A DNA stretch of 64,000 bases. Source: Minisyncoccota bacterium. GTDB lineage: Bacteria > Patescibacteriota > Minisyncoccia > Phycocordibacterales > PALSA-1337. Below, in pieces: positions 46,322-57,066 of the stretch. The notes under the pieces are model-generated. The model made no database searches, had not been told where the DNA came from, and saw only the letters and a list, made by a program, of their open reading frames with translations. Numbering within the stretch: position 1 is the stretch's first letter; every line of letters begins with the position of its first letter. The stretch spans positions 47,865 through 111,864 of the forward strand of contig JBAYIX010000001.1 in assembly GCA_041665385.1 (NCBI GenBank), read 5' to 3'. A program made the translations under genes and the position numbers.

Positions 46322-48187
46322 ATGATTTCTAGATTTATAAAACAAATACTACCGACGCTCGCTACATCTATATTGATATCGGTTGTTTTCACTCATGTGG
46401 CGAGCGCACAACTCGCCTCAGCAGTAGCGGGAGCAGTCGCGTCGACCGCTTGGGATATGTTCTGGGTTGGAGCATCAAACTTTATGCAAGCCCTCCTCAT
46501 GGTGACAGCATGGCTCGTCGGGCTTACAGGTACACTATTAAACGTAGCGATATTCATAACTACAAATCTTGGTCCATTTATAAAAGATACCCCTGTTATT
46601 TATAATGTCTGGACAATCATACGAGACCTCGCAAGCATGGTGCTCATATTTGTCATTCTTTGGGCGGCCATCCAGATGATACTCAACCTGAAACAACCAA
46701 ACTTTGGTAATCTTCTGAAGAATATAGTCATAATGGGAATCTTGATCAACTTTAGCTTCTTCTTTGCACAAGTGATGATAGACGCGTCGAACATAGTATC
46801 GCTACAATTCTTCAACGCTATCACCCCTGGTAAGGAATACTCGACCGGAAGCAAGCTGGGAGATTGGACCTCGAAAGCTTTCAACGACGGAGGACTATCA
46901 AATGTATTCATGGGCGCTCTCCAAGTAAATGGCTGGTACAAGAACATGGGTGTCGTCGGCGGATCGTCATCTTCGGGAACCACAGACCAGAACGCGGCAC
47001 CTATTCGCATTGTCTTGGTCACATTTGCAGGTATGATCGTGATGATCTTTGCGAGTATGAGTTTCCTCGCGGCTGCGGCCGTATGTCTCTTGCGTACAGC
47101 GATGCTAATATTCCTGCTTGCATTTTCTCCTATATGGATAGCGGCATTCGCATTTCCAGAACTCAAGGAAGTAGCAAATCCCTGGTGGAAACAATTCAAA
47201 GTCCAGCTATTGTTCTTGCCGACATATTTGATACTCATGTATGTGGCGATACGTGTATTAAACGAAAGTGGCTTGAACAAACTCACAGGATCTACAGAAT
47301 CCGCTTTGACTATCGCCTCGCAAGCCAATCTTTCTGCATACACTTCGCTCTTTGTAGGTTTTACTATTGTTCTGATCATGATCAACCTACCTCTCATCGG
47401 AGCACTCAGTATCGCCGGTGCGGCAGGGACAGCGACAGAGAAATGGTTCAAGGGCACACAATCTTGGCTCGGTAGAAATACTATGGGTAGATTTGCCTCC
47501 AGAGTGAATGAGAGCGATGTCGCGCGTAACTGGTATGCAAAAAACCCTCGTGCTGGCATGGTTTTGCAAAAGCAACTTTCCAAAGTCAGCTCGGCGAGCT
47601 TTGCATCTGACAAGAACAGCATACTTGGAATGAAAGACACGAAGACTGGATTTGATAAGGTAAGAAAGGATAAAGTCTCAGCTATCGATAAGTACGCAAA
47701 AGGGCTAGGCTTCGATGATGAAAGGGTAAAAACGAAGATTGCGGATGAACTTAAGACAACCGACTCTATCATTGCGACAGATAAAAAAATCCTGAGCGAT
47801 AATCGAAATAAACTAAGTACAACTACCGATCCAGATGAGAGAAGAAGGATTGAAGCAACAATTACTGAATCGGAGAAGGAATTGGAGAAGCGAGTCAACG
47901 AACGAGACACTAAGGCCAAGGAACTCAAAAAGAGTTACGAATCTGAAAGGAAAGGTGAGGTTGTAAAATTCTATCAGGACCGCAGATCAACTGCAGGAAA
48001 ATTTGCGAGACTGGTCACAGGCAACAAGAGATTTAAGGGTCCAAACAAATGGAATGCAAGTGTATTTGGTGCTCTAAAGAAAGACAAAGATACCGCAGCA
48101 AAACTGATCGACGCCCTAAAAGATGAAGTAAAACCAAAAGACGAAGACAAGCCGCCAAAGAAAGAGGAAAGCGCTCATGCAGAATAA
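46322..48187 (+). CDS. Polytopic membrane protein, VirB6/TrbL-like
   Basis: Multiple TM helices with WTIIRDLA, LINFS, FSPIW and WWKQF; charged C-terminal tail; lies upstream of PrgI/VirB4. Confidence 0.65.
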   Translation: MISRFIKQILPTLATSILISVVFTHVASAQLASAVAGAVASTAWDMFWVGASNFMQALLMVTAWLVGLTGTLLNVAIFITTNLGPFIKDTPVIYNVWTIIRDLASMVLIFVILWAAIQMILNLKQPNFGNLLKNIVIMGILINFSFFFAQVMIDASNIVSLQFFNAITPGKEYSTGSKLGDWTSKAFNDGGLSNVFMGALQVNGWYKNMGVVGGSSSSGTTDQNAAPIRIVLVTFAGMIVMIFASMSFLAAAAVCLLRTAMLIFLLAFSPIWIAAFAFPELKEVANPWWKQFKVQLLFLPTYLILMYVAIRVLNESGLNKLTGSTESALTIASQANLSAYTSLFVGFTIVLIMINLPLIGALSIAGAAGTATEKWFKGTQSWLGRNTMGRFASRVNESDVARNWYAKNPRAGMVLQKQLSKVSSASFASDKNSILGMKDTKTGFDKVRKDKVSAIDKYAKGLGFDDERVKTKIADELKTTDSIIATDKKILSDNRNKLSTTTDPDERRRIEATITESEKELEKRVNERDTKAKELKKSYESERKGEVVKFYQDRRSTAGKFARLVTGNKRFKGPNKWNASVFGALKKDKDTAAKLIDALKDEVKPKDEDKPPKKEESAHAE

Positions 48188-48953
48188 AAATATGAATCAA
48201 GAAGACATACAACAACAAATAAAAGAACAGTTCCGCAGTCTGCCACCGTTACTGCAGGAAGCTATCACTGCTACAGACCTACCGATAAAGATGAAGGACC
48301 TTGCGAACAAGCACAACCTCCTATTAGACGAGGCGGGCATACTAGAAATGGAAATACTATTTGTATTGCTAGGAATGAAAAAATCTTCGGATTTTGTCAG
48401 TACACTTGCCTCAGAACTAAAACTCGACAAACATGAGGTAACAAGCATCGCACAGGATGTGAACACATTCATATTTGATGAAGTGAGAACTCACCTGAGA
48501 GAGATCGAACAAGAAACCGAGGACGAAGGTGATAAAGGCACCGCTCCGTCGTCATCTGCAACCTCAGTGAACTTCGACACACTAAAGAGAGACATGGAAG
48601 CGGTAGGGGGCATAGCTATTCATAATGAAAGCTCAGAACCAGAGGAATACACATATAATAGTATGGGCAAACCTGCCTCTACTCACGAACCCCACATAGA
48701 GCCACCGACAAATTTGCCCGGGAAAACAGAGATAGTAGGCATGACAGATGCTCATACCGAGGCTCTGCCAGATCACCTATTGGGAAAACCTGCAGTTACG
48801 CCTATTGCACACAAACCAATTATAAACCAGACTTTTCCTACATCTTCAACTCAACCTTCAGTTTCAGTACGTCCTACTCAGCCGGTGCAACCCATCCCAC
48901 CTATGCCGCGAGAAGGAGGAAGCATCGGTGATCACTATCGCGAACCAGTGTAA
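48177..48953 (+). CDS. Hypothetical protein
   Basis: Helical N-terminal domain, Pro-rich tail ending DHYREPV. Confidence 0.7.
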   Translation: MQNKNMNQEDIQQQIKEQFRSLPPLLQEAITATDLPIKMKDLANKHNLLLDEAGILEMEILFVLLGMKKSSDFVSTLASELKLDKHEVTSIAQDVNTFIFDEVRTHLREIEQETEDEGDKGTAPSSSATSVNFDTLKRDMEAVGGIAIHNESSEPEEYTYNSMGKPASTHEPHIEPPTNLPGKTEIVGMTDAHTEALPDHLLGKPAVTPIAHKPIINQTFPTSSTQPSVSVRPTQPVQPIPPMPREGGSIGDHYREPV

Positions 48954-48983
48954 CTCCGAACATTATAAGTTATAATATGTGAG

Positions 48984-49421
48984 ATGCGTTACCAAGTTCC
49001 TCAATTCATAGAGGTGGAAGACAAAATTTTCGGACCACTCACGCTGAAACAGTTCATTTACATTGTCGGCGGAGCCGGACTGTCATTCATCATATATGTC
49101 CTTATCGGCAATCTCCTATTGTCATTCATCCCCATGGCCATAGTCATGGGAATATCTCTCGCTTTGGCATTCTTCAAGGTATACAACCATTTCCCACTCA
49201 TAACCATAGCAGAACATGCCTTCAAATATTGGTTTGGTAGCAAGCTATATATATGGAAAAAAGAAGAGAAACCCCGGGCGAAAGACGCACAGTCAGCTAT
49301 CCGAGACGCAAAGAGCTACGCAGGCATAACTGTACCAAAGATTTCCGATAGCAAACTCAAGGAGCTCACTTGGAGTCTGGATATCAAAGAGAGCATGTAC
49401 TCCAACCGCAACCAAAAATAA
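48984..49421 (+). CDS. PrgI family (VirB3-like) protein
   Basis: YQVPQFIEVEDKIFGPLTLKQF followed by two TM helices. Confidence 0.85.
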   Translation: MRYQVPQFIEVEDKIFGPLTLKQFIYIVGGAGLSFIIYVLIGNLLLSFIPMAIVMGISLALAFFKVYNHFPLITIAEHAFKYWFGSKLYIWKKEEKPRAKDAQSAIRDAKSYAGITVPKISDSKLKELTWSLDIKESMYSNRNQK

Positions 49422-49422
49422 A

Positions 49423-50064
49423 ATGGCAAACACACCCCCAAAAGCTACGCAGGATTTTGTACCTATTTCGGAAATACGTGACGGTGTAATCATCCTGAAA
49501 AACGGGGGAATGAGGTCTGTGATACTGGCATCTTCGTTGAACTTCGCGCTCAAATCTGCAGACGAGCAAAACTCCATATTGTTTCAGTTCCAAAACTTCC
49601 TAAATTCTCTCGATTTCTCCGTACAGATAGTCATACAATCAAAAAAACTCGACATAAGGCCGTACCTCGCCCTTTTGGAGTCCCGATACAAAGACCAAGC
49701 TACCGAGCTCATGAAGATTCAAGTCAGAGAATATATAGAATTTATAAAGACTTTCGTTGAAAATACCAATATCATGTCGAAGAGTTTCTTTGTCGTCATA
49801 CCTTATGATCCGGCACTCCTAAACTCATCTAATAACCCCATGAGCAAGTATCTTCCCGGGAAAAATAAAGGTTCGGAAAGGCTGAGTGCCGACCAGCAAT
49901 TCCAAGAATACCGATCTCAGCTCGAACAGAGAGTAGCAGTAGTAGAGCAGGGCCTGGTTCGTTGTGGCATACGCGCGGCAGAACTAGGTACAGAAGAAGT
50001 GGTAGAATTGTTTTATAAACTCTTCAATCCCGGAGAGACGGAAAAGCCTATCCAAATAACCTAA
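49423..50064 (+). CDS. TraC/VirB4 N-terminal-like protein
   Basis: TQDFVPISEIRDG, NFALKSADEQ, FLNSLDF; lies between PrgI and VirB4. Confidence 0.7.
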   Translation: MANTPPKATQDFVPISEIRDGVIILKNGGMRSVILASSLNFALKSADEQNSILFQFQNFLNSLDFSVQIVIQSKKLDIRPYLALLESRYKDQATELMKIQVREYIEFIKTFVENTNIMSKSFFVVIPYDPALLNSSNNPMSKYLPGKNKGSERLSADQQFQEYRSQLEQRVAVVEQGLVRCGIRAAELGTEEVVELFYKLFNPGETEKPIQIT

Positions 50065-50065
50065 T

Positions 50066-51877
50066 ATGTCTTTTATCTCAAAAATATTCAGTAAAAAAGA
50101 AGTTTCTCCCATAGTTTCTATCATGCCGGAAGAAATATACCAGGCTGGCGTTCTCGAACTCAAAGATGTCATCGCACCCTCTGCTCTCAAGGTCAGCCCA
50201 AAGGATATAAATCTGGGAGAGAAAGTAGGCAGAACACTCTTTGTCATATCATATCCGAGATTCCTCCAAGAGAGCTGGTTTGCCCCCATCATAAACCTGG
50301 ACAAAGTTTTTAATGTTTCCATCTTCATCCACCCCGTAGACACAGCAAAGATCCTCCGTCATTTTCAAAAGAAAGTTGCGGAAGTCCAGAGCCAGATCTC
50401 GAGGAGGGAAGATAAGGGACTGGTGCGTGACCCTGCTCTCGATACCGCATACCAAGACCTAGAAGCTCTCCGCGACCAACTGATGCAGGCACAAGAGCAC
50501 CTTTTCGACGTGGGAGTTTACATCACACTCTTTGCCGACAATGAAAGCGAACTAGACAAACTCGAATCCGAAGTGAAATCCATACTGGAATCCAAGCTTG
50601 TCTATGTAAAACCAGCTCTTTTCCAACAGGAAAATGGCTTCAAAAGTGTGCTTCCACTAGCAGACGACCAACTCGCAGTACATTCCAAGCTCAATTCTTC
50701 ACCTCTTTCCAGTCTATTTCCATTCGTCTCTTTTGACCTTACCTCGGACAAAGGTATCCTTTATGGCATAAACAGACACAATTCCTCGCTGGTACTTTTC
50801 GACCGATTCCTACTAGAAAACTACAACTCTGTCACTTTTGCAGTAGCCGGAGCCGGAAAATCCTACTGTACAAAGCTCGAAATACTCCGAACTCTCATGT
50901 TCGACACCGATGTCATAGTCATCGACCCAGAAAAGGAATACGAATACATGGCCGAAGCCACAGGAGGAAAATACTTCAACATTTCCTTGAATTCCGAGCA
51001 CCATATCAACCCCTTTGACCTACCTATCCCCAGAGAAGATGAGTCGGCATCAGATGTTTTGCGATCCAATATCATAAACCTTGTCGGTTTATTCCGTATC
51101 ATGCTCGGGGGACTCACTCAGGAGGAAGACGCGATCATAGACAGGGCGATCACCGAGACCTACGCTCTCAAAGACATCACTGCAGAGTCCAACTTTCAGA
51201 GTGTAGAGCCACCACTTTTGTCTGATTTTGAAATGGTACTTGCAGGAATGGAGGGGGCGAATTCTCTGGTAGAAAGACTTTCCAAATATACCAAGGGCAC
51301 GTGGTCCAGTTTTATCAACAGACCATCGAATGTAGATATAAACAAAAAGTTTGTGGTATTTTCCCTGCGGGATATGGAAGACGAGCTCAAACCTGTGGCT
51401 ATGTATATAGTCACGCACTATATATGGAATTCCATACGAAAAGTTCTGAAAAAGCGCCTACTAGTGATCGACGAGGCCTGGTGGATGATGAAATCCGAAG
51501 ACACCGCCTCATTCTTGTTCGGCCTAGCAAAGAGAGGTCGCAAATACTTCCTGGGCCTTGCTACCATCACTCAGGATGTCGACGACTTCCTAAAGTCTCC
51601 TTACGGCCTACCTATCGTGAGCAACTCATCTATGCAAATACTGCTAAAGCAGTCACCGGCTGTCATAGATACTGTTCAGAGAACATTTAACCTTACCGAT
51701 GAAGAAAAGTATTTGCTCCTAGAGTCCGACGTGGGAGAGGGTATATTCTTCGTAGGATTGAAACATGTGGCGCTCAAGATCGTGGCTTCATATACTGAAG
51801 ACCAGATTATCACCACAAATCCTCAGCAAGTGATGGCTATAAGAGAGGCAAAGAAACAATTGGAAAGTGCGGGGTAG
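50066..51877 (+). CDS. VirB4-like ATPase
   Basis: Walker A AGAGKS, VIDPEKEY, INPFD, Walker B VIDEAW, RKY, ITQ. Confidence 0.88.
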   Translation: MSFISKIFSKKEVSPIVSIMPEEIYQAGVLELKDVIAPSALKVSPKDINLGEKVGRTLFVISYPRFLQESWFAPIINLDKVFNVSIFIHPVDTAKILRHFQKKVAEVQSQISRREDKGLVRDPALDTAYQDLEALRDQLMQAQEHLFDVGVYITLFADNESELDKLESEVKSILESKLVYVKPALFQQENGFKSVLPLADDQLAVHSKLNSSPLSSLFPFVSFDLTSDKGILYGINRHNSSLVLFDRFLLENYNSVTFAVAGAGKSYCTKLEILRTLMFDTDVIVIDPEKEYEYMAEATGGKYFNISLNSEHHINPFDLPIPREDESASDVLRSNIINLVGLFRIMLGGLTQEEDAIIDRAITETYALKDITAESNFQSVEPPLLSDFEMVLAGMEGANSLVERLSKYTKGTWSSFINRPSNVDINKKFVVFSLRDMEDELKPVAMYIVTHYIWNSIRKVLKKRLLVIDEAWWMMKSEDTASFLFGLAKRGRKYFLGLATITQDVDDFLKSPYGLPIVSNSSMQILLKQSPAVIDTVQRTFNLTDEEKYLLLESDVGEGIFFVGLKHVALKIVASYTEDQIITTNPQQVMAIREAKKQLESAG

Positions 51878-51931
51878 GATCCCTGAACACCATGCGGTGA
51901 AGGGACACGCTATTACTGTTATAATAGACTC

Positions 51932-52324
51932 GTGAAACCCGAACACCGCATAACAACAGGCGCATTTGCAATATGGCTCATCGTTGGTGGACTTTTCGAT
52001 CTTCTCGGTCTTATACCATTCGTCGAGAATGTAATAGGAATAATTTTCGCTCTACTATTTGGAACATACCTATGGATAAAAGGCATGGGTGTATTTAAGG
52101 GCAAAGTTTTTATTACCGAATGTATCAGTTTAGTCGGATCTTTTATCCCTATGATACAGAGCCTTCCTCAACTGACAGCAGGCGTAGTAGCAATATTCAT
52201 AATAAGTAGACTAGAAGAAAAGGTCGGTATATCAGCGACATCACTCACGAGTGGCAAGGGTATTCGAACCCCCGTAGGCAGGAATCCGCTAAACCAGGGA
52301 GGTATACGCGCACCACGTGTATAA
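51932..52324 (+). CDS. Hypothetical membrane protein
   Basis: Three hydrophobic segments. Confidence 0.65.
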   Translation: MKPEHRITTGAFAIWLIVGGLFDLLGLIPFVENVIGIIFALLFGTYLWIKGMGVFKGKVFITECISLVGSFIPMIQSLPQLTAGVVAIFIISRLEEKVGISATSLTSGKGIRTPVGRNPLNQGGIRAPRV

Positions 52325-52330
52325 CCAAAC

Positions 52331-53413
52331 ATGCAGCTTTGTCATATTCTTGGTAAAATGAAATCAATGAAATCTAAAGTATTCTTAACTTCCACTTTTT
52401 TGCTTTTTATATTTGCTTTCACACAAGCTCAAGGAATATCTACGAATATCCAAGGCATAGATCTGACAGTCTCGAACAATAGCCCAGCCCCAGGACAGAC
52501 TGTGACCATAAAAGCCGAGAGTTATGTTTCTGACCTCAATTCTTCGAATATTACCTGGAAGCTGAACAACGTGGAATATAAAAAGGGTATAGGTGTAACT
52601 TCCGTCGACATACAGGCACCGGCTCTAGGAAAAAAACTAACAGTGAGTATAGTTGCAGTCACTCCGGAAGGGAGGACGATGACAACCAGCGTGAGCCTAA
52701 GTTCCGGAAATGTTGATCTTATATTGGAATCAGACGGCTACGTGCCTCCATTTTTCCAAGGCAAGATGCCCCTCGTCTACCAGAATAACTACCGCGTGAT
52801 AGCCATGCCGCACCTAGCGGATACATCGGGCAAGGAATACGATCCAGCGACACTCATATATCAATGGAGTAAGGATTCCCGTCTGGTCCAGGACCAGAGT
52901 GGTTATGGTAAACAAGTATTTTTGTGGAAAGATGAGATGGTCCCGAGACAGAGACTGATATCCGTAAAAGTATTGACCCGAGACGGCAGTGTCCAAGCAG
53001 AAAAGGTGATACCCATAGAAGCAGGGAGCCCACTCATAGTCTTTTACAAGGATGATCCATTGTACGGCACACTCTTCAATAATGCCCTGGAAAATAGCGT
53101 CAGCCTGGGAAAGAGCGGAGAAATATCGGTTCTTGCTGTTCCTTTTGGTTTCAATAAACCAGCAAATACCATGGGAGATCTCAATTTTTCCTGGCTCATA
53201 AACTCCATCAAACATGATTCTCTTTCGGCGAGTCAGTCCATAACCCTCCGAGCACCGACAGATAGTAGTGGATCTTCGAATATACAGCTCACTGTATATA
53301 ACAACGAAGACATATTAGAAAAAGCAGAAAATAGAATAACTGCAACCTATGCAATACCAAATAGTAATACTTCCATTAATAGTGCAAATACCCTGAACAA
53401 CAATGGCCTATAA
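52331..53413 (+). CDS. Hypothetical secreted beta-rich (Ig-like) protein
   Basis: Signal peptide (true start probably a few codons downstream), YVPPFFQGK motif, repeated xWx-N strands. Confidence 0.7.
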   Translation: MQLCHILGKMKSMKSKVFLTSTFLLFIFAFTQAQGISTNIQGIDLTVSNNSPAPGQTVTIKAESYVSDLNSSNITWKLNNVEYKKGIGVTSVDIQAPALGKKLTVSIVAVTPEGRTMTTSVSLSSGNVDLILESDGYVPPFFQGKMPLVYQNNYRVIAMPHLADTSGKEYDPATLIYQWSKDSRLVQDQSGYGKQVFLWKDEMVPRQRLISVKVLTRDGSVQAEKVIPIEAGSPLIVFYKDDPLYGTLFNNALENSVSLGKSGEISVLAVPFGFNKPANTMGDLNFSWLINSIKHDSLSASQSITLRAPTDSSGSSNIQLTVYNNEDILEKAENRITATYAIPNSNTSINSANTLNNNGL

Positions 53414-54599
53414 TACTCTCAAGAAAATAAAGTTTGTGATTTTTGTAGTGATTTTGATGACTTCTTTCTCGGTCATTGCCACACAACAACCTGCATACGC
53501 ACAAGAGTACAAGAAATACGAACTCTTGGAGCCCTTGCCATGCATACCAGATGAAGTATTAGACTGCAACGACTCTACTACCGGAAAAAACTCCACACTA
53601 ACGAGTGTGAACATGGCACAATTTTTCCAGTATGGGTTCAATCTTTTCATAGCAATTGCGGGCGTAGCCGCCGTATTCATGATGGTTTGGGGAGGATTCC
53701 TGTATATCACATCAGATTCCTGGTTCAAGAAAGACCAAGGTAAGACTTATTTCCAAAACGCGATATACGGCCTCCTCATGATTCTATGCTCATATCTGAT
53801 ATTACGAACTGTAAATCCAAAATTGGTTTCATTCCCGAGGACTATACCTGTAATAACCAGTACCGCAGCAACCGAAAACCCCGTCAGTCTTTTTGAACAA
53901 TTAAACAAAGCTGCTACGAACTATAACGTAGAAGCTCGAAAATTTGTCGATGAAGCAAGAGAAGCTGATACAGCTCTGACCGCACTAAAAAAAGAAAAAG
54001 GGGATGTAGAAAAGCAAATATTCAATGCTGAACTGAGTAATGCTGGACTCGATTCACAGACTACATTGATATCAGAACTCAAAGTAAAACTAGCAAAGAT
54101 CGATGACCAAATAAAAGAAAATGAAGCGAAGATAGTTGCTGGTGCAGCAAAAGCGACGATCACCAACGCTGGATTATCTATGACAACCAGCGGGGTCAGT
54201 AACAGTGCAACAGATGTCTATGCGACGGCACTGGAGGTATCCAGCGGTCTCAATCTAGTAGAACAGCAGAGACTTGACGCCGTTAAAAGATTAAATCAAA
54301 TGCAAGCTCCGCAAGAGATAACAGCTGTCAACGAACAAGCAGTTTATGCAAAAGCGATGATAAACTTGACTGACGCACAGGCTTCAGTAAACCGATTCAC
54401 TATAACCAAACCAGATAACTATGGGACTCCTTACACCACCACTGCAGATATAAAGCAATTTAAGGCAGATGTAGCATCTCGCATTACAAAAATTGAAGCT
54501 GAAGCAGCAACGATCAACAATGCCGAACTAAAACAAAAAATGTTAGCTGAAGCAAAAAAAGCAAAGGACGCATTAGAAAAGAAATTGAAAGGATATTAA
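53403..54599 (+). CDS. Pilin-like (TrbC/VirB2-like) membrane hairpin fused to a long coiled coil
   Basis: AVFMMVWGGFLYITS...NAIYGLL...ILRTVNP hairpin, then Ala/Lys/Glu-rich helices. Confidence 0.6.
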   Translation: MAYNTLKKIKFVIFVVILMTSFSVIATQQPAYAQEYKKYELLEPLPCIPDEVLDCNDSTTGKNSTLTSVNMAQFFQYGFNLFIAIAGVAAVFMMVWGGFLYITSDSWFKKDQGKTYFQNAIYGLLMILCSYLILRTVNPKLVSFPRTIPVITSTAATENPVSLFEQLNKAATNYNVEARKFVDEAREADTALTALKKEKGDVEKQIFNAELSNAGLDSQTTLISELKVKLAKIDDQIKENEAKIVAGAAKATITNAGLSMTTSGVSNSATDVYATALEVSSGLNLVEQQRLDAVKRLNQMQAPQEITAVNEQAVYAKAMINLTDAQASVNRFTITKPDNYGTPYTTTADIKQFKADVASRITKIEAEAATINNAELKQKMLAEAKKAKDALEKKLKGY

Positions 54600-55943
54600 A
54601 TGAAAAAAACAACAACCATAATAACAGTTCTGATCCTCATCCTCGCTCTGGTCGGCGCGGCGTATTGGTATTTCATTTTTGGCTTTGGTTCTGCACCAGT
54701 GACAGCCCTACCGGGGAATCAGACGACTCCGGGAGGATTTGAGCCTATAGACCGTCCTCTACCAACCGAATCCACATTACCAGGCGATATGACGAACAGT
54801 TCTTCTACAACAACGACTACAAATGAGCCTTCACCTCTCGCAACTCTCCGCCATTTGAGCAGTGTGCCAGTGGGAGGCTTTGGTGTATTTACCAGCGCTT
54901 CGCTCCGCTCCGGTCAGGCAGGATCTACGACTATCCGCTGGGTGGATAGAGGAAGAGGAAACACATACGAGGCGTACAGCCACAAACCAGACATAAACAT
55001 TCTTTCCAACACCTTGGTTCCTCGCATATACCAGAGCTGGTGGAATAACAGTCTAAACTCCTTTTTTGCGCAATATTCCAGTGCCACCAACGATACTGTC
55101 ACCACTGTTGTTGCAAATATTCAGAAAACTGTCGCAAACACACCCAGGCCTCAAAATGCGTCTTCTACCAACATCTCAAATAGCTCAACCGAAACAATTA
55201 CCGAAACGCCATATCAGCTCAAAGGAACGCTAGTTTCTGGAAACATTATAGACATTGCAGTATCACCAGCCAAAGATAGGGCAGTAGTAGTTACAAAAGA
55301 GAACAATCGAGCAATAGGATACCTATCCAAGTTCGATGGCACGGGACAAACCCAACTATTCAGCCTACCTCTCACAGCTATCACGGTAGACTGGCCGGAG
55401 ACCAATACTATTTCGGTCGTTACAAAAGGAAGTGCCTCATATGCCGGATACTTGTACTTCATAAATACAAAAACTGGCGTTATGAAGCAAATCTTGGGCG
55501 GTATAGCAGGCCTCAGTGCGAAAGTTAGCAAAGATGCGACACGAGTATTGTATTCGAGCACCGGCAGGGGAGAGTCTGCCATAGAAACGAACATGTTGGA
55601 TGTAAAAACAAGTACTGTCACAGATGTAATATTCAAAACATTAGCTGACAAGTGTACATGGTCTCCCAAAACCCTTGAACAGGTGTATTGCGCAGTACCT
55701 TCAACATTACCAAATGGTCTATATCCCGATGATTGGTACCTCGGTTTTGCCGCCTTTCGTGATAATATTTGGCTTTTAGACACAAAAACTGGCAACGGGA
55801 AACAAATAGCAAACCTACTCACTCTAGGAAATAGCCTTATAGATGCTATAAACCTGGAAATAGACAACTCTGACAACTATCTAGTATTCATGAATAAGAT
55901 CGATCTCAGTTTGTGGTCACTAGATCTAGCTGCTACAAACTAG
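54600..55943 (+). CDS. Hypothetical membrane-anchored beta-propeller-like protein
   Basis: N-terminal TM helix, Thr/Ser linker, KCTWS, YCAVP and YPDDWY motifs. Confidence 0.65.
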   Translation: MKKTTTIITVLILILALVGAAYWYFIFGFGSAPVTALPGNQTTPGGFEPIDRPLPTESTLPGDMTNSSSTTTTTNEPSPLATLRHLSSVPVGGFGVFTSASLRSGQAGSTTIRWVDRGRGNTYEAYSHKPDINILSNTLVPRIYQSWWNNSLNSFFAQYSSATNDTVTTVVANIQKTVANTPRPQNASSTNISNSSTETITETPYQLKGTLVSGNIIDIAVSPAKDRAVVVTKENNRAIGYLSKFDGTGQTQLFSLPLTAITVDWPETNTISVVTKGSASYAGYLYFINTKTGVMKQILGGIAGLSAKVSKDATRVLYSSTGRGESAIETNMLDVKTSTVTDVIFKTLADKCTWSPKTLEQVYCAVPSTLPNGLYPDDWYLGFAAFRDNIWLLDTKTGNGKQIANLLTLGNSLIDAINLEIDNSDNYLVFMNKIDLSLWSLDLAATN

Positions 55944-56697
55944 CCTTCTTTGTCGCATATTGCTTCCTAATGACGAGCTCCTGTCCCAAGGTAAACAAAG
56001 TACTCACTATCCAATAAAGAGCGATGATCGATGCCGCCTGAGGGAAACTGGCGGGAATGATCCAGTATGTGGAGGCGAACGCCAGAATAGGCAACATAAA
56101 TTTCATTTGCTTGTTCATGGTAGTCGCAAAATCTGGAGCAGAAGGTGTTGCACCCTTGGTAGCTGGCACTGCCGACTTTATCTGTTTTGATGCGAGAGAG
56201 AAGTGTAATTGTACATATTGTGCGACTGCAGTCAGAATAGCCAAAATGAGGCTGGGCTGAGTCAGGTCGATGAGACCGAGAAACTGAGTTTTTACAACCG
56301 GCAAATCGATAAAAGAATATAGATATTCTGGGTGAATAGCGGGTATGATCTTGTAAAAAACAGACAGTAGGGCTAACAGGATAGGGAGTTGGATGAGTAG
56401 GAGCAATATACCAGAAAAAGGCTTTACACCCTTGGAACGGTATAACTCCATAATCTTTAGAGCTTGAGCTTGTCGATCGTTTGCGTATTCTGCTTTTATC
56501 TTATTTGCTTCCGGTTCTATCTCTTTCATTCGGATCTGCGTCAGTATAGAAGACTTCGAAAGATGGAAAAGTGCTAATTTTACGATAACTGTAAAAATAA
56601 TTACAGCAACGCCCACATCGGCCCACGGTAAAAGATCCATTACTCCTACCAAGCCATTATAAAGGGGCTGGAATATAAGGGTGTGGTACATATTCAA
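55933..56697 (-). CDS. yidC: Membrane protein insertase YidC
   Basis: QPLYN, IQLPIL, LYWIVS..F...QE; canonical rpmH-rnpA-yidC position. Confidence 0.9.
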   Translation of the reverse strand: MNMYHTLIFQPLYNGLVGVMDLLPWADVGVAVIIFTVIVKLALFHLSKSSILTQIRMKEIEPEANKIKAEYANDRQAQALKIMELYRSKGVKPFSGILLLLIQLPILLALLSVFYKIIPAIHPEYLYSFIDLPVVKTQFLGLIDLTQPSLILAILTAVAQYVQLHFSLASKQIKSAVPATKGATPSAPDFATTMNKQMKFMLPILAFASTYWIIPASFPQAASIIALYWIVSTLFTLGQELVIRKQYATKKASL

Positions 56698-56725
56698 GAA
56701 CTATACACCGTTTCTACCAAAAAAA

Positions 56726-57064
56726 CTAACTTTTTGATATTTTTGCCTTTATGAACAATTCCTGAACATCTTTGGCTATATCTGCAAGCTCTATTTCGGA
56801 AATATCTTTCTTTATGAAGAGAGCCCCCCATATTCCTGGTATTATGACAGCCATTAGCGGTCTTATCGCTGCATATATTCGGCGCCTATTACGATTCCTC
56901 ACTACAGCAGTCTTTGCTATCTTTTTGGGGGCAACGGCAGATATACGTGTGTCTACCTGACCAGAAACGAATCTCAATAAAAAAAGGGTAGAGTGAGCCA
57001 CCCTTCCTTTTTCCATCACTATATCAAACTGTTTTGTTGTCAGTCTTTGCGACTTTGCTAACAT
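56726..57064 (-). CDS. rnpA: Ribonuclease P protein component
   Basis: KKIAKTAVVRNRNRR motif; synteny. Confidence 0.9.
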   Translation of the reverse strand: MLAKSQRLTTKQFDIVMEKGRVAHSTLFLLRFVSGQVDTRISAVAPKKIAKTAVVRNRNRRRIYAAIRPLMAVIIPGIWGALFIKKDISEIELADIAKDVQELFIKAKISKS

Positions 57065-57066
57065 TT

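Noticed and set aside
24699-47928. Long antisense ORFs (e.g. 24699-25565, 35638-36585, 46600-47928)
   Set aside because: They are Ser/Phe/Leu-rich shadows of Glu/Lys-rich sense genes with no recognisable motifs.
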